Positions 15,189 through 24,531 of a DNA stretch of 32,000 nt are shown here, in pieces. The stretch is from a bacterium (GTDB taxonomy: Bacteria > UBP7 > UBA6624). A program made the position numbers and the translations under genes. The notes beneath the pieces are model-generated. The model had not been told where the DNA came from. It was given only the letters and a program-made list of their open reading frames with translations, and ran no database searches. The stretch covers positions 56,114-88,113 of the forward strand of contig PBAU01000011.1 of assembly GCA_002716355.1 (NCBI GenBank). Reading direction: 5' to 3'. The number at the start of each line of letters is the position of its first letter. The first letter of the stretch is position 1.

Positions 15189-16106
15189 ATGATTGAAGAA
15201 CAAATTTCTATACCGTTAAAAAACTCAAATGAAGCTTTAAAGCTTTTAGGGGTAGGTGATAAAAATGCCAAAAAACTCAAGCGTAAATTTGGTGTCAGAT
15301 TATCTATAGAGGATAATGAATTATTGATTAAGGGGAATACTGTTAATACAGAAATTATCAAGGTGCGCTTAAAAGAGGTGATAAAAAAGTTAAGAAACGA
15401 TATGGACATGCATTCAAATATTGTTGAAACGATATTGATGGGTGATAATAACAATAGCTCTTTTGAGGTTAACAGCGAGAAAGTTGAGCCAAAAAGCATT
15501 GGTCAATCTCAATTAATAGATAAAATTTTAAAAGATCCACTGGTTCTTGTAACTGGCCCTGCGGGTACAGGAAAAACATTTTTAACAGTTGCTTGCGCAT
15601 GTAAGCTTCTTGAAGAAGGTAGTATAGAGAGAATTATTCTCTGCAGGCCTGTTGTTGAGGCTGGAGAAAGCCTTGGCTTTTTGCCAGGTGATATTGACTC
15701 CAAAGTTTTCCCTTATTTCAGGCCTTTGCATGATTCTTTAGTTAAGCTTTTAGGGTTTCCTGCAACAAAAAGAATGTTTGATTCAGGTGTGATCGAAATG
15801 GCACCATTAGCCTATATGAGAGGAAGAACATTGGAAAATTCTTTTTTGATATTAGATGAAGCTCAGAATACAACTATTGCTCAAATGAAAATGTTTTTAA
15901 CAAGGATGGGCAAGGGTTCTAAAACTGTTGTGACTGGCGATCCTAGCCAATGTGATCTTCCAAAAAATAAAATAAGTGGCTTGACACATTCTTTGAATAT
16001 TTTGTCAAAAATTGACAATATTGGTGTTATTGGGTTAAAAGGTGCGGATATGGTCAGACATCCGCTTGTTGGGAAGATTGACAAAGCTTTTGGAGCTGAG
16101 TGTTAA
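15189..16106 (+). CDS. phoH: PhoH-like ATPase (YbeZ family)
   Basis: Walker A in LVLVTGPAGTGKTFL, followed by the PhoH hallmarks ILCRPVVEAGESLGFLPGD, APLAYMRGRTL, ILDEAQN and VVTGDPSQCDLP. The track ORF starts at TTG 15153 inside the previous gene. ATG at 15189 lies just after that gene's stop at 15174. Confidence 0.85.
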   Translation: MIEEQISIPLKNSNEALKLLGVGDKNAKKLKRKFGVRLSIEDNELLIKGNTVNTEIIKVRLKEVIKKLRNDMDMHSNIVETILMGDNNNSSFEVNSEKVEPKSIGQSQLIDKILKDPLVLVTGPAGTGKTFLTVACACKLLEEGSIERIILCRPVVEAGESLGFLPGDIDSKVFPYFRPLHDSLVKLLGFPATKRMFDSGVIEMAPLAYMRGRTLENSFLILDEAQNTTIAQMKMFLTRMGKGSKTVVTGDPSQCDLPKNKISGLTHSLNILSKIDNIGVIGLKGADMVRHPLVGKIDKAFGAEC

Positions 16107-17710
16107 TGAAATTTAAGATAGACAAAAAATCTTTTTCTTTGTTGATTTTTGTAGTGTTTTTGTCATGTTTTTTTTCAAGGATGCTAAGTATATCGTATGG
16201 AACTTTTTTACTTACAGAAGATCAACTTGTTGAAAAGAACATTTATGCAACACAGAAAATTTCAATTGAAGGTCAGTTTTTTGAAAAAGGGGATTTGATC
16301 ATGGCTGCCGGTGAGGGGCATGCAACCAAGGAAATCATCTCCATGCTTGAGGAAGAAGGACGATTGAGAACTGCTGATTGGTCTTTCAAGTTGCTTTCTG
16401 ATACTCTTTATTTTTTATTGCTATTGGCTTTGGTTTGGATTGCTGTTGAAAAGGTTGGCTATCCAATTAGTAATTTTTCACACAATTTAAATTTCCTTGC
16501 ATTCCTGGCAAGCTCTTTGATTTTTTCTGCATCTTTGATTTCTATAGTTAAACCAGATTTGAATCCAACATTTCAATTAGCCATACCTATTAGTACATGC
16601 TTGTTAACGTTGATTATTCTTTACCCATTTCGCTTTGCTCTGATTTATTCTTTGTTGATGTTGTATTTGCTTATTCCAATCCTTCCTCATTTGGAAATTA
16701 GTAATCTAGTAGGCATTTTTTCTGCATTAGCAGCTATAGTGGGGATAAAAGATCGTAGCAAAATTAAATTGTTTGAATCGGTTGGTTTTTTAGTTTTGTT
16801 TCTATGGCTTTTAGATTCGTTAGTGCATTTTTCAAAATATGGAACAAACACATCAATAACTGATGTAATTCTTATGCAGAGCCTCCCGGGCTCTGTAATT
16901 GTTGGAGTTTTTGTATTTTCACTCGTTACCTTGTTTTTGAAAATTGCAAAGAAAAGCTTTTTGCTTTCGACACCTGAGGCACTAGTTGAACTGTCAGCTC
17001 CTGATCATTTTTTGTTATCCCAGCTTGCAGAAAAAGCTCCTGGAACAATGGCTCATGTTCATGCTGTTCAGGAAATTGCCGAAGCAGGATGCTCCGCGAT
17101 TTCTTCAATGTCTCAGTCTTCAAGCTCCCCAGTTAACCCTTGGCTTGTCAGGGCAGGTGCTTTATTTCATGATATCGGCAAGATAGAAAGACCGCATTTT
17201 TTTAGCGAAAATCAAAAAGATGGCGACAATCCTCATGAGGATCTTTCTCCACAAATGAGTGCAAGATTATTGATAAGTCATGTTAAAAGTGGTGTTGAAT
17301 TAGCCAAAGCAAACAAGCTTCCTGATAGGGTTATCTCTATAATAAAAAGCCATCATGGACAAACTCTTGCAGGTCATTTTTACACTTTAGCCAAAGAGCA
17401 AGCTGAAGCTGTTGGTGCTACTCCTCCAAATGACAAAGATTTCAGGTATCCAGGACCAAAACCAAAAGCAATTGAAGAGGTAATTGTTTCTCTTGCGGAT
17501 GCAGTTGAGGCAATTAGTAGATCTTTAAGAGATTTGCCATCTGAAGATCTTGTGAAAATCCTAAAGGAAGAAATTAAAGCAAGAGAGTCTGAGGGTCATT
17601 TTTCTGAATCTGAAATAACCACAGCTCAATTTTCAGTTTTGAAGAAAGCTGTTTTGGATGAAGCAGTTCTTAGGCATCATAGAAGAATAGGTTATATAAA
17701 AGAATCTTGA
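16106..17710 (+). CDS. Multi-pass membrane protein with a C-terminal HD-domain phosphohydrolase (7TM-HD, PgpH/YqfF-like)
   Basis: Multiple hydrophobic helices fill the N-terminal two thirds. The HD domain follows, with HVHAVQEIAE ... GALFHDIGKIERPHFF ... HHGQTL. Position between phoH and ybeY is the classic conserved arrangement. ATG at 16106 (TAATG overlap) is preferred over GTG at 16100. Confidence 0.7.
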   Translation: MKFKIDKKSFSLLIFVVFLSCFFSRMLSISYGTFLLTEDQLVEKNIYATQKISIEGQFFEKGDLIMAAGEGHATKEIISMLEEEGRLRTADWSFKLLSDTLYFLLLLALVWIAVEKVGYPISNFSHNLNFLAFLASSLIFSASLISIVKPDLNPTFQLAIPISTCLLTLIILYPFRFALIYSLLMLYLLIPILPHLEISNLVGIFSALAAIVGIKDRSKIKLFESVGFLVLFLWLLDSLVHFSKYGTNTSITDVILMQSLPGSVIVGVFVFSLVTLFLKIAKKSFLLSTPEALVELSAPDHFLLSQLAEKAPGTMAHVHAVQEIAEAGCSAISSMSQSSSSPVNPWLVRAGALFHDIGKIERPHFFSENQKDGDNPHEDLSPQMSARLLISHVKSGVELAKANKLPDRVISIIKSHHGQTLAGHFYTLAKEQAEAVGATPPNDKDFRYPGPKPKAIEEVIVSLADAVEAISRSLRDLPSEDLVKILKEEIKARESEGHFSESEITTAQFSVLKKAVLDEAVLRHHRRIGYIKES

Positions 17711-18102
17711 GTATTTCAGTCGTAAATTTAAACTTGAATCTTGATAGTAAGATTCTTATGCTTTATGAGAAAATGAAGGAAAAAAGGATGCTTGAGGGCA
17801 AAGAGACAAATGGAGATGTTTCAATAATCTTTATAGATAAAGAACATATGAATAAATTAAATCTTGAATACAGGAAAAAAGATAAACCTACAGATGTTTT
17901 GACATTTGTTTTAAATAAGGATATTTTTGAAGGTGAGATTTATATATGTGCTTCAGTTTGCAGTGATGAAAATATTGAAAAATGGATCCTAGACAGGGTG
18001 ATTCATGGTTTCTTGCATATGGATGATTGTCATCACTCAACAAAGGAAGAGGAAACCATTAATGAAAAAAGACATAATGCCCTTTTACAGGAGATTAATT
18101 GA
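17707..18102 (+). CDS. ybeY: Endoribonuclease YbeY (rRNA maturation factor)
   Basis: About 130 aa. The zinc-binding signature HGFLHMDDCHH corresponds to canonical H-G-x-L-H-L-x-G-x-D-H, with His at positions 1, 5 and 11. KPTDVLTF is the conserved upstream motif (TDVLSF). The TTG start overlaps the upstream TGA. The gene sits in the phoH/HD/ybeY/CNNM context. Confidence 0.75.
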   Translation: MSISVVNLNLNLDSKILMLYEKMKEKRMLEGKETNGDVSIIFIDKEHMNKLNLEYRKKDKPTDVLTFVLNKDIFEGEIYICASVCSDENIEKWILDRVIHGFLHMDDCHHSTKEEETINEKRHNALLQEIN

Positions 18103-19373
18103 TGTCATTTTTTCAAGATCTTTCACTTTCAGGAATTGAAATTTTGACACCTTTAGTTTTGTTATTTTTTTCTGCCTTTTTCTCATTTGCTGAAGCTGCA
18201 ATTTTTGCAATATCAAGTACAGAATTGGCTTCAAAGAAAAATTCAGCTGCGAATGTTTTAAAAAAAATGGTATCAGACCCAGAGCAACTTTCAATGTGTT
18301 TAATGGTTGGTTACAACCTTGCGAATATAAGTTTAGCTTTATTGGTAACCCAATATGTTATGTCTTTTACATCTGGACTTGATAACCAAAAAATAATTCT
18401 GGGAGCAGTTGCTCTTTTTAATTTTTTTATTGTTACAACTTTTGGAGAAATTGTTCCCAGGTTATTGGCAATTAAGAAACCTTACGAAGCTGCATTGAGA
18501 TTTGCTCATGTTTTGTATTTTTTCACAATTATTTTAAAAATACCTGCTTTCATTATTAAGCATGTAAATAATATGTTTTTAAAAATGATGAAAGTTCCAG
18601 AACTTAGCGAAGGTAAAACAATTGAGAGAGAGGTCCAATCTTTGGCAAGTGATGAGGTTTTTGCAGAAAGTGTAGAGGATGATGAGGTAGAAATGATTCA
18701 AGGGGTTTTAAATTTGGAAGATTTAAATGTTAAAGATGTTATGGTCCCTCGTGTTGAGGTAGATGCATTAGAAAAATCTTTAAAGCTTAAAGAGGTTTTT
18801 GAACTTGTTGCAAGAAAATTCAGAAGTCGTTATCCTGTTTATAACGAAAGAATTGATAGTGTGATTGGGATTCTTCATGTTAAGGACATATTGGGAGAAA
18901 ATCCTAATAATTCAGTTGAAAAATATATAAGAAATGCTTTGATGTTTGCACCAAACATGCCTTTGGATAATGCTTTTAAGTCAATGAGAAACAATCGTAA
19001 ACATTTAGCTATAGTTTTAGATGAGTATGGGGGAATGGATGGCATTGTAACTGTTGAGGATTTACTTGAAGAGGTTGTTGGTCAAATAGAGGACGAATAC
19101 CAACTTGAAGATCCTGATTTGGTTGAGGTAAATGAAGATTTATTAATCGTAAGGCCAGCCTCAAGGGTGGCTGAGGTTATGGATTCGTTAGATTTACCAT
19201 GTATTGATCCTCCTGCACAACAGGTTGGACCACTTGTATACAAGGTGCTTGAAAGAGTCCCTAAAGAAAATGATGTTGTTAAATGGGGAGGCGCTATTTT
19301 CAAAATTGTTGACATGGATGGAACCCAGATAAAAAGACTTGAAATTCTCAAAAATAGCGAGGATGCAGAATGA
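18102..19373 (+). CDS. CNNM/TlyC/CorC-family protein (DUF21 membrane domain + CBS pair + CorC_HlyC C-terminal domain)
   Basis: The N-terminal DUF21-type helices include GEIVPRLLAIK. The CBS region contains VKDVMVPRVEV and IGILHVKDIL, followed by HLAIVLDEYGGMDGIVTVEDLLEEVVGQIEDEY, the family's signature. A C-terminal beta domain runs to residue 424. Confidence 0.8.
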   Translation: MSFFQDLSLSGIEILTPLVLLFFSAFFSFAEAAIFAISSTELASKKNSAANVLKKMVSDPEQLSMCLMVGYNLANISLALLVTQYVMSFTSGLDNQKIILGAVALFNFFIVTTFGEIVPRLLAIKKPYEAALRFAHVLYFFTIILKIPAFIIKHVNNMFLKMMKVPELSEGKTIEREVQSLASDEVFAESVEDDEVEMIQGVLNLEDLNVKDVMVPRVEVDALEKSLKLKEVFELVARKFRSRYPVYNERIDSVIGILHVKDILGENPNNSVEKYIRNALMFAPNMPLDNAFKSMRNNRKHLAIVLDEYGGMDGIVTVEDLLEEVVGQIEDEYQLEDPDLVEVNEDLLIVRPASRVAEVMDSLDLPCIDPPAQQVGPLVYKVLERVPKENDVVKWGGAIFKIVDMDGTQIKRLEILKNSEDAE

Positions 19374-20332
19374 CTCTTTCTTTAGCAATTTTATTTATAT
19401 TGATCTCAGGATGGTTTACAGGTTTGGAAATTGCTCTACTTCAAACTGACAAAGTTGAATTATCAAACAACACCAAAGAAGATTCTGGCTTTAAGAATTT
19501 GTTCGACTGGATGTCCAATTCTTCTAAATTGTTTACAACAATATTGTTAAGTATTAATTTTTCAAATCAGATTGCTGCTGCAATTTTTTCTTACTTTATT
19601 TATGTCAATCTTTTAACGGATGAAAGAGTCTATTTAAACTTGATATTCACAGTAGTGATATTAATTTTTGCTGAAGGTCTTCCAAAAATGTGGGCTATCC
19701 GCAGTTCAAATGTTTTTATTAAAGGCGCTAATGCAAGTTTGAAAGTTTCTAATTATTTATTAGCACCTTTTATAACCTTCTTCTCCTTTCTGCCTAAAAG
19801 AATGAAAATGGATTCAAAAGGCTTGATCCGGGTTTATAAAATTCAAAGAAAAGAAATTATCAATATTACAGACAGAGCAATGGAAGAAAAAATTATGACT
19901 GATGAGGTTAAAAGGATACGAGGAGTTTTATCGCTTGGTGAAAAAACTGTTAGATCATGCATTGTTCCCAAAGATGAAATCACCGTTCTTGGTCCTGATA
20001 TGAAATTGGATGATGTTGTAGATGTGATTAAAAAAACTGGACACAGCAGAATACCATTTTGTTTTAATGATTTAGATGATTCAAGGACTTACCTACATGC
20101 TAAATCGTTATTTAAATTGAAAAAAGAAGAAGATTGGAAAACAGTTTTAAAACCACTTGTACGTTTGAAAAGTAATACTTATTTGGATGACGCAATGGAT
20201 TCAATGAAGAAGGGTGGTGGAATTGCCATAGTGGAAACAAAGACACAAACCTTAGGTGTTGTTTTTCTTGAGGATATACTTGAATTTGCCGTTGGTAAAA
20301 CTGCTGATGAGTATGATGAGAAACTGAATTGA
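19370..20332 (+). CDS. Second DUF21 + CBS-pair protein (CNNM-like), apparently lacking the CorC_HlyC C-terminal domain
   Basis: ATGA overlap with the previous gene. DUF21-like helices include AEGLPKMWAIR. The CBS region has VRSCIVPKDEI and a signature-like GIAIVETKTQTLGVVFLEDILEFAVGKTADEYD. The protein ends shortly after that motif, at 320 aa. Confidence 0.65.
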   Translation: MTLSLAILFILISGWFTGLEIALLQTDKVELSNNTKEDSGFKNLFDWMSNSSKLFTTILLSINFSNQIAAAIFSYFIYVNLLTDERVYLNLIFTVVILIFAEGLPKMWAIRSSNVFIKGANASLKVSNYLLAPFITFFSFLPKRMKMDSKGLIRVYKIQRKEIINITDRAMEEKIMTDEVKRIRGVLSLGEKTVRSCIVPKDEITVLGPDMKLDDVVDVIKKTGHSRIPFCFNDLDDSRTYLHAKSLFKLKKEEDWKTVLKPLVRLKSNTYLDDAMDSMKKGGGIAIVETKTQTLGVVFLEDILEFAVGKTADEYDEKLN

Positions 20333-21132
20333 AGCAAAGTATCATTATTCATGCTGGTGCTGGCAAGCACAGAGCTTCATTAAAGGATGTAGATCGTATT
20401 GTTAAACTCGCAGTTGAAGAAGGGTTCAAGCAAAAAAAAAATGGTGCTTTAGACATGTCTGTTAAAGCTGTTGAGGTTATGGAAAGTTCAGGATTTTTAA
20501 ATTCAGGATCAGGGAGTGTTAGGCAGGATGACGGAAAAGTCAGGATGGATGGATCGATTGCATTAAGCAATGGTGCAGTTTCTTCTGTTTTAGGCTTGCC
20601 AGGATGTTGGAATGTTTCACTTATTTGTAAAACATTGTTAAGTTCAAAGAATCCAATGATGTGCGGAAGGCAATTGAAACATAAATTACAACATTTAGGT
20701 TTTAATGAACTTGAACCTGATTTGGAATCATACAGAGAGTGGTTTAACCTTGGTCAAAATTCACCTGGAACTGTTGGAGCTGTAGCTTTTGATGGCGATA
20801 CATTATGTGCTGTTACAACAACAGGTGGTAGATCTGGAGTAGAAGCTGGAAGAATAGGTGATAGTGGTATCATTGGCTCAGGATCATCAGCAAATTCAAT
20901 TGGTGCTGTTTCATGCACTGGTATAGGGGAAGCAATAGTCAGATCAAGATTGTCAGATTATGCTTTGAGGTTAATGGATAGTATGAATCCAATGAAAGCT
21001 TGTCAAGAATCAATAAAAAAATTAGAACAGGATATTTTTGATGAGGGTATTGGTGGTTTAATTGCAATAAATAATAAAGGTGAAATTGGTTGGGCTTTCA
21101 ACACTCAGGAAATGCCTATTGGATTCAAATAG
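20329..21132 (+). CDS. Ntn-hydrolase of the isoaspartyl peptidase / plant-type L-asparaginase family
   Basis: N-terminal IIIHAGAG. The autoproteolytic nucleophile context GTVGAVAFDG is followed by AVTTTGG and the Gly-rich GRIGDSGIIGSG. The TTG start overlaps the upstream TGA. At 267 aa it is somewhat short for the family. Confidence 0.65.
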   Translation: MKQSIIIHAGAGKHRASLKDVDRIVKLAVEEGFKQKKNGALDMSVKAVEVMESSGFLNSGSGSVRQDDGKVRMDGSIALSNGAVSSVLGLPGCWNVSLICKTLLSSKNPMMCGRQLKHKLQHLGFNELEPDLESYREWFNLGQNSPGTVGAVAFDGDTLCAVTTTGGRSGVEAGRIGDSGIIGSGSSANSIGAVSCTGIGEAIVRSRLSDYALRLMDSMNPMKACQESIKKLEQDIFDEGIGGLIAINNKGEIGWAFNTQEMPIGFK

Positions 21133-21143
21133 AATTTAATGGT

Positions 21144-21959
21144 ATGAACACAGAATTAATTTTCATTATTGTTTTTGCATGTTTTGGAAGTTTTTTAAAT
21201 GTTGTTATACATCGATATTACTCAAAAGAAAGTGTAATTTTCGGTTCATCTCATTGTCCTAAATGTAAATACAAAATAAAATGGTTTGACAATATTCCAA
21301 TAGTTTCTTGGCTTTTTCTTCAAGGTAGATGTAGAGCTTGCAAAAAGCCTATATCTTTTATTTATCCAATAGTGGAGATTTTATGTGCTTTTATAGGTTA
21401 TTCTTTGTTTTTCTCTGCAGATCATTTTTTTATTTCAGGTTATAAGCATGATTGGAGCTTATCAATTGCGTTATTATCTTTTTTTGTTTTTTGTGGATTT
21501 TTGGTCATTACTTTTATAGATTTGAAATCAAAAATAATTCCTCATAGGTTTTTAATATTTTCAGGTCTGAATGTATTTTTTATTCATTTTCTTACCGGGA
21601 ATAAAAGTGATTCGTTTATGGATGGCTTGATTGGAATGTTTACCTTGGCTGTATCTCTTGCAGGTGTTTTATGGATTGGAAGCTTGATGTTGAAAAGAGA
21701 TGCAATGGGTTGGGGTGATGTGAAGATGGCGCTTGTCATAGGTTTTTTGTTAGGTTTGAATTTTGGGTATGTTGCTATCTTTACAGCAATTTTCACAGGA
21801 GCTGTTTTTGGATTGTTGATGATGGCTTCTAAAAAAATGAAAAATCAAAATTATAGAAATTTAGAAATGCCATTTGGCCCTTTTCTAGCTTTAGGAACAT
21901 ACTTAACTTTTCTTTATGGCCCAAAATTAATTAATGATTTTTTTTCTATCCTGTCTTAA
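21144..21959 (+). CDS. pilD: Prepilin peptidase / N-methyltransferase (peptidase A24)
   Basis: The N-terminal four-Cys motif CPKC...(21 aa)...CRAC lies within SHCPKCKYKIKWFDNIPIVSWLFLQGRCRACKKPISFIYPIVE. The catalytic Asp contexts are ITFIDLKSKIIP and AMGWGDVKMA. The protein is polytopic. ATG at 21144 (MNTELIFIIVF...) is preferred over the track start at 21090, which overlaps the previous gene. Confidence 0.85.
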   Translation: MNTELIFIIVFACFGSFLNVVIHRYYSKESVIFGSSHCPKCKYKIKWFDNIPIVSWLFLQGRCRACKKPISFIYPIVEILCAFIGYSLFFSADHFFISGYKHDWSLSIALLSFFVFCGFLVITFIDLKSKIIPHRFLIFSGLNVFFIHFLTGNKSDSFMDGLIGMFTLAVSLAGVLWIGSLMLKRDAMGWGDVKMALVIGFLLGLNFGYVAIFTAIFTGAVFGLLMMASKKMKNQNYRNLEMPFGPFLALGTYLTFLYGPKLINDFFSILS

Positions 21960-22045
21960 ATACTTACGTATTTAAAAAATATCATGTTTTGAAAATATGC
22001 TTTATACTTTATAGGTTTGAATGAATTTGATTCAAATGTAAAAAA
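21960..22045 (+). promoter_or_regulatory. AT-rich 86-bp gap upstream of the pseudopilin operon; weak sigma70-like candidate
   Basis: This is one of very few non-coding gaps in the window. TTGAAA (21989-21994), a 17-nt spacer and TAGGTT (22012-22017) make a poor -10. TATACT at 22003-22008 is a better -10 hexamer but has no good -35 partner. This is a weak hand call. Confidence 0.25.
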
Positions 22046-23077
22046 ATGAAAAAGTTTAATAGTCGAATCAAAAAAGGCTTTACGCTTGCTGAAATGCTTG
22101 TTGTGCTTGCGATTGTTGGCATACTGATAACAATCAGCCTTCCAGCAGTTGCCCAAGGTAACCATAGAAGAAAATTTGATTCTTATTCAACAAAAATATT
22201 AGGTGATTTAAGGTGGGCCTTTAATGAATCAAGCGCAAAAGGTGAAGAGTTGGTTCTTGAGATTGTTGGCTTTTATCACAATCAGACAAACACAGGACAC
22301 CCCTTTCCATTAGAAGATGTAATAAGGGTTTGGAAAAAGAAAGATTGGGAAAAATATTTAGATCTTTCAATGCATAAAAGTCCAAATAGTAATTTTGATC
22401 TTGAATTTGCAGCTCCTTACTTGGTTTATGACCTTTCTGAAAGTTCTAATTTAAATGAAAATAGCTGTTTCTTGGATGGTACTGATGCAGCTTCTAATCT
22501 TGTCGATTGTGACTATGTTATCAGCGAGGATGAGCTCCCAGTTCCTCTGAGGGAATATGTTAAAGAGGATTACAAGGATCCTCCTATGTTGCTTGAGTTG
22601 CCTGAATATCAAGCTGTTTTAACAAGTAAAAAATTTAAAAGAATTAGGAATATACCTAGGGAAATTGATTTAATTGCCCCATTTGTAGATCAGTCTTTTT
22701 ACGATGGTAGCGGTTTGGTAGATTATGAGAATTTGATTTCTTATGCAGTCATAAGACCTGAAGGCAATGCAGAAAGTTCTACAGGTGTTTTAACTTTTGC
22801 TTTCATGTTGAAGCCAGAGTATTTCACTGAAAGAATTTTGAGCCTTGCAAACAATAAAACTGAAAATTCATCACGTTTCAAGTGTGCAATGGAGGCAAAT
22901 TTACAGAGCAAGTCCAATGGTAGGACCGTACAATTAATGCTTTCTAGTGGGGGGGTCAGAATCACAGAGGCATCTCCAACTGAATACATGGATCCAAATA
23001 GGGAATCTTCATGTAATACTTCAATTCCAGATGCAGAGTGGTCTTTAGATTTTGACAGGGGAACAGGTTGGAAATGA
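22046..23077 (+). CDS. Prepilin-type protein, GspH/FimT(FimU)-like minor pseudopilin, enlarged (343 aa)
   Basis: Class III signal peptide MKKFNSRIKKG|FTLAEMLVVLAIVGILITISLP with Glu at +5. The following RRKFDSYSTKILGDLRWAFNESSAKGEELVLEI resembles the GspH/FimT N-terminal pattern. It lies immediately downstream of the prepilin peptidase gene. Confidence 0.7.
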   Translation: MKKFNSRIKKGFTLAEMLVVLAIVGILITISLPAVAQGNHRRKFDSYSTKILGDLRWAFNESSAKGEELVLEIVGFYHNQTNTGHPFPLEDVIRVWKKKDWEKYLDLSMHKSPNSNFDLEFAAPYLVYDLSESSNLNENSCFLDGTDAASNLVDCDYVISEDELPVPLREYVKEDYKDPPMLLELPEYQAVLTSKKFKRIRNIPREIDLIAPFVDQSFYDGSGLVDYENLISYAVIRPEGNAESSTGVLTFAFMLKPEYFTERILSLANNKTENSSRFKCAMEANLQSKSNGRTVQLMLSSGGVRITEASPTEYMDPNRESSCNTSIPDAEWSLDFDRGTGWK

Positions 23078-24516
23078 AATTTAAAAAAGGTTTCACGCTT
23101 GTTGAGCTCCTTGTAGGGATAAGCATTTTGATTTTGGTTCTATTGCCTGTCCTTACAGCAATTGGACGAACTGTTAACAGAAGTGAGCAGAGCCAATCGA
23201 TGAATCAAGCATTAAACCTTGCTGAAGAGCGCATCAGTTCTTTAGAGGCTCATCTGAGTTCAGCTTGGTATCCAGGTGGTATACCTTTTGATTTTGAAGG
23301 CGGAAGCACGTTAACTGATGATCCTGTTGACATTGCAAATGACCCTGAGTTAAATGAATATCTTCCAGGAAACTGGTTTAGGGGACAGCAAGAAAATCAA
23401 AGAGGCGAGATCGCGCTTTACATGGAGCCTTCTTATTATGGGTGTGATAACCAGAATGCCATTGGATCTGAAGATGAAGATAGATATCTTAATGACAATA
23501 TGCATATTTGCATTAATCCTTATAATCCAAACAATTTGACAAATGAAGATGGGGTTGATTTGTCCAATGAAAAATATAGAGTTGCGATGGCTTTATTTGC
23601 AGCAAGGATGGATCCAATTGATGCTTTAGGTATATACATGCCTGAGCTGCATCCGGAATCATTCAGATTTAACAATTCAGATACTTGCAATACTAATTTT
23701 GATGGGGATTGCCCAAGAATCGATGGAATAGAGGATTTTGGAGAAATTGTAGATAAGGCATTTTTCGAAGAATCTTCTGACTTCACTTGTTTTGGCGCTA
23801 TTGATGGTCATGTTGGGAGAAATTGGTTTGATTTTGGTTATATTGCATCACCTTTTGATAATGAATCATTTTCTGACAATATTGCCTGGCCAAATTATTT
23901 AAGCTATTGGAGGATGATTGCTGCTGCTGGGGTTACCAGAGCAAATCCAGATCCCACAGATGATAACAGGAATGAATGTGCCTTGAATCCAAATCAATCT
24001 GTGTCTGAAATTTCATCAAAAATTGCTAATTCCTTGGGAACTTTTCAGAAGTTCAGGCGTGAAACACAGATCTCAACTGTTTATTTTCCTGGTGGAGGAA
24101 GAGATTTAACTGAGGTTATCGATCCTCAGGATGCGAGATACTATAGATCTTCAGAAGGTGTTTTGGGAAGATTAGTTCGAGTCTCGGTTGTTTGGAGAGC
24201 AGGAGAGGGTTGCTCTTCAAATAATAATCCTTCTAGCCAAGGTTTGTTTTCAAGATGTTCTGATCCAATTGCAAGTATACGTAGGCAATTGAGTTTAAGT
24301 GATTCAAATATTAATTTAAGAAGTAAAGTTTCATTAAACAAAGGTGTAGAGCTTAGAAAGTTTATACCTGATCCAGACCAGGATCCTTGTGACAGCATGT
24401 TGCAATTACTTGGTCCTTTAGGAGAGAAAACAAGCAGGTTGTCAGGAGCTTTGCATGATGGAGATCCGACAAATGCTTCAAATGTATTTGAAGAATGTTG
24501 GTATAAGGATTCATAA
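23074..24516 (+). CDS. Prepilin-type protein, PilV/GspI-like minor pseudopilin, enlarged (about 480 aa)
   Basis: MKFKKG|FTLVELLVGISILILVLLPVL with Glu +5, then QSQSMNQALNLAEERISSLEA, the PilV/GspI-like helix. ATG at 23074 makes an ATGA overlap with the upstream stop; the track start is TTG at 23068. The remainder is an Asp/Asn/Gly/Pro-rich region with several Cys. Confidence 0.7.
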   Translation: MKFKKGFTLVELLVGISILILVLLPVLTAIGRTVNRSEQSQSMNQALNLAEERISSLEAHLSSAWYPGGIPFDFEGGSTLTDDPVDIANDPELNEYLPGNWFRGQQENQRGEIALYMEPSYYGCDNQNAIGSEDEDRYLNDNMHICINPYNPNNLTNEDGVDLSNEKYRVAMALFAARMDPIDALGIYMPELHPESFRFNNSDTCNTNFDGDCPRIDGIEDFGEIVDKAFFEESSDFTCFGAIDGHVGRNWFDFGYIASPFDNESFSDNIAWPNYLSYWRMIAAAGVTRANPDPTDDNRNECALNPNQSVSEISSKIANSLGTFQKFRRETQISTVYFPGGGRDLTEVIDPQDARYYRSSEGVLGRLVRVSVVWRAGEGCSSNNNPSSQGLFSRCSDPIASIRRQLSLSDSNINLRSKVSLNKGVELRKFIPDPDQDPCDSMLQLLGPLGEKTSRLSGALHDGDPTNASNVFEECWYKDS

Positions 24517-24531
24517 ATGGAGGTTGTAAAA

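Noticed and set aside
21956-21975. Hairpin TTAAATAC-ttac-GTATTTAA right after the prepilin peptidase stop, as an intrinsic terminator
   Set aside because: The stem is almost entirely A:T, with a single G:C pair, and is followed by an A-run rather than a T-run on the + strand. It is too weak to call a terminator.
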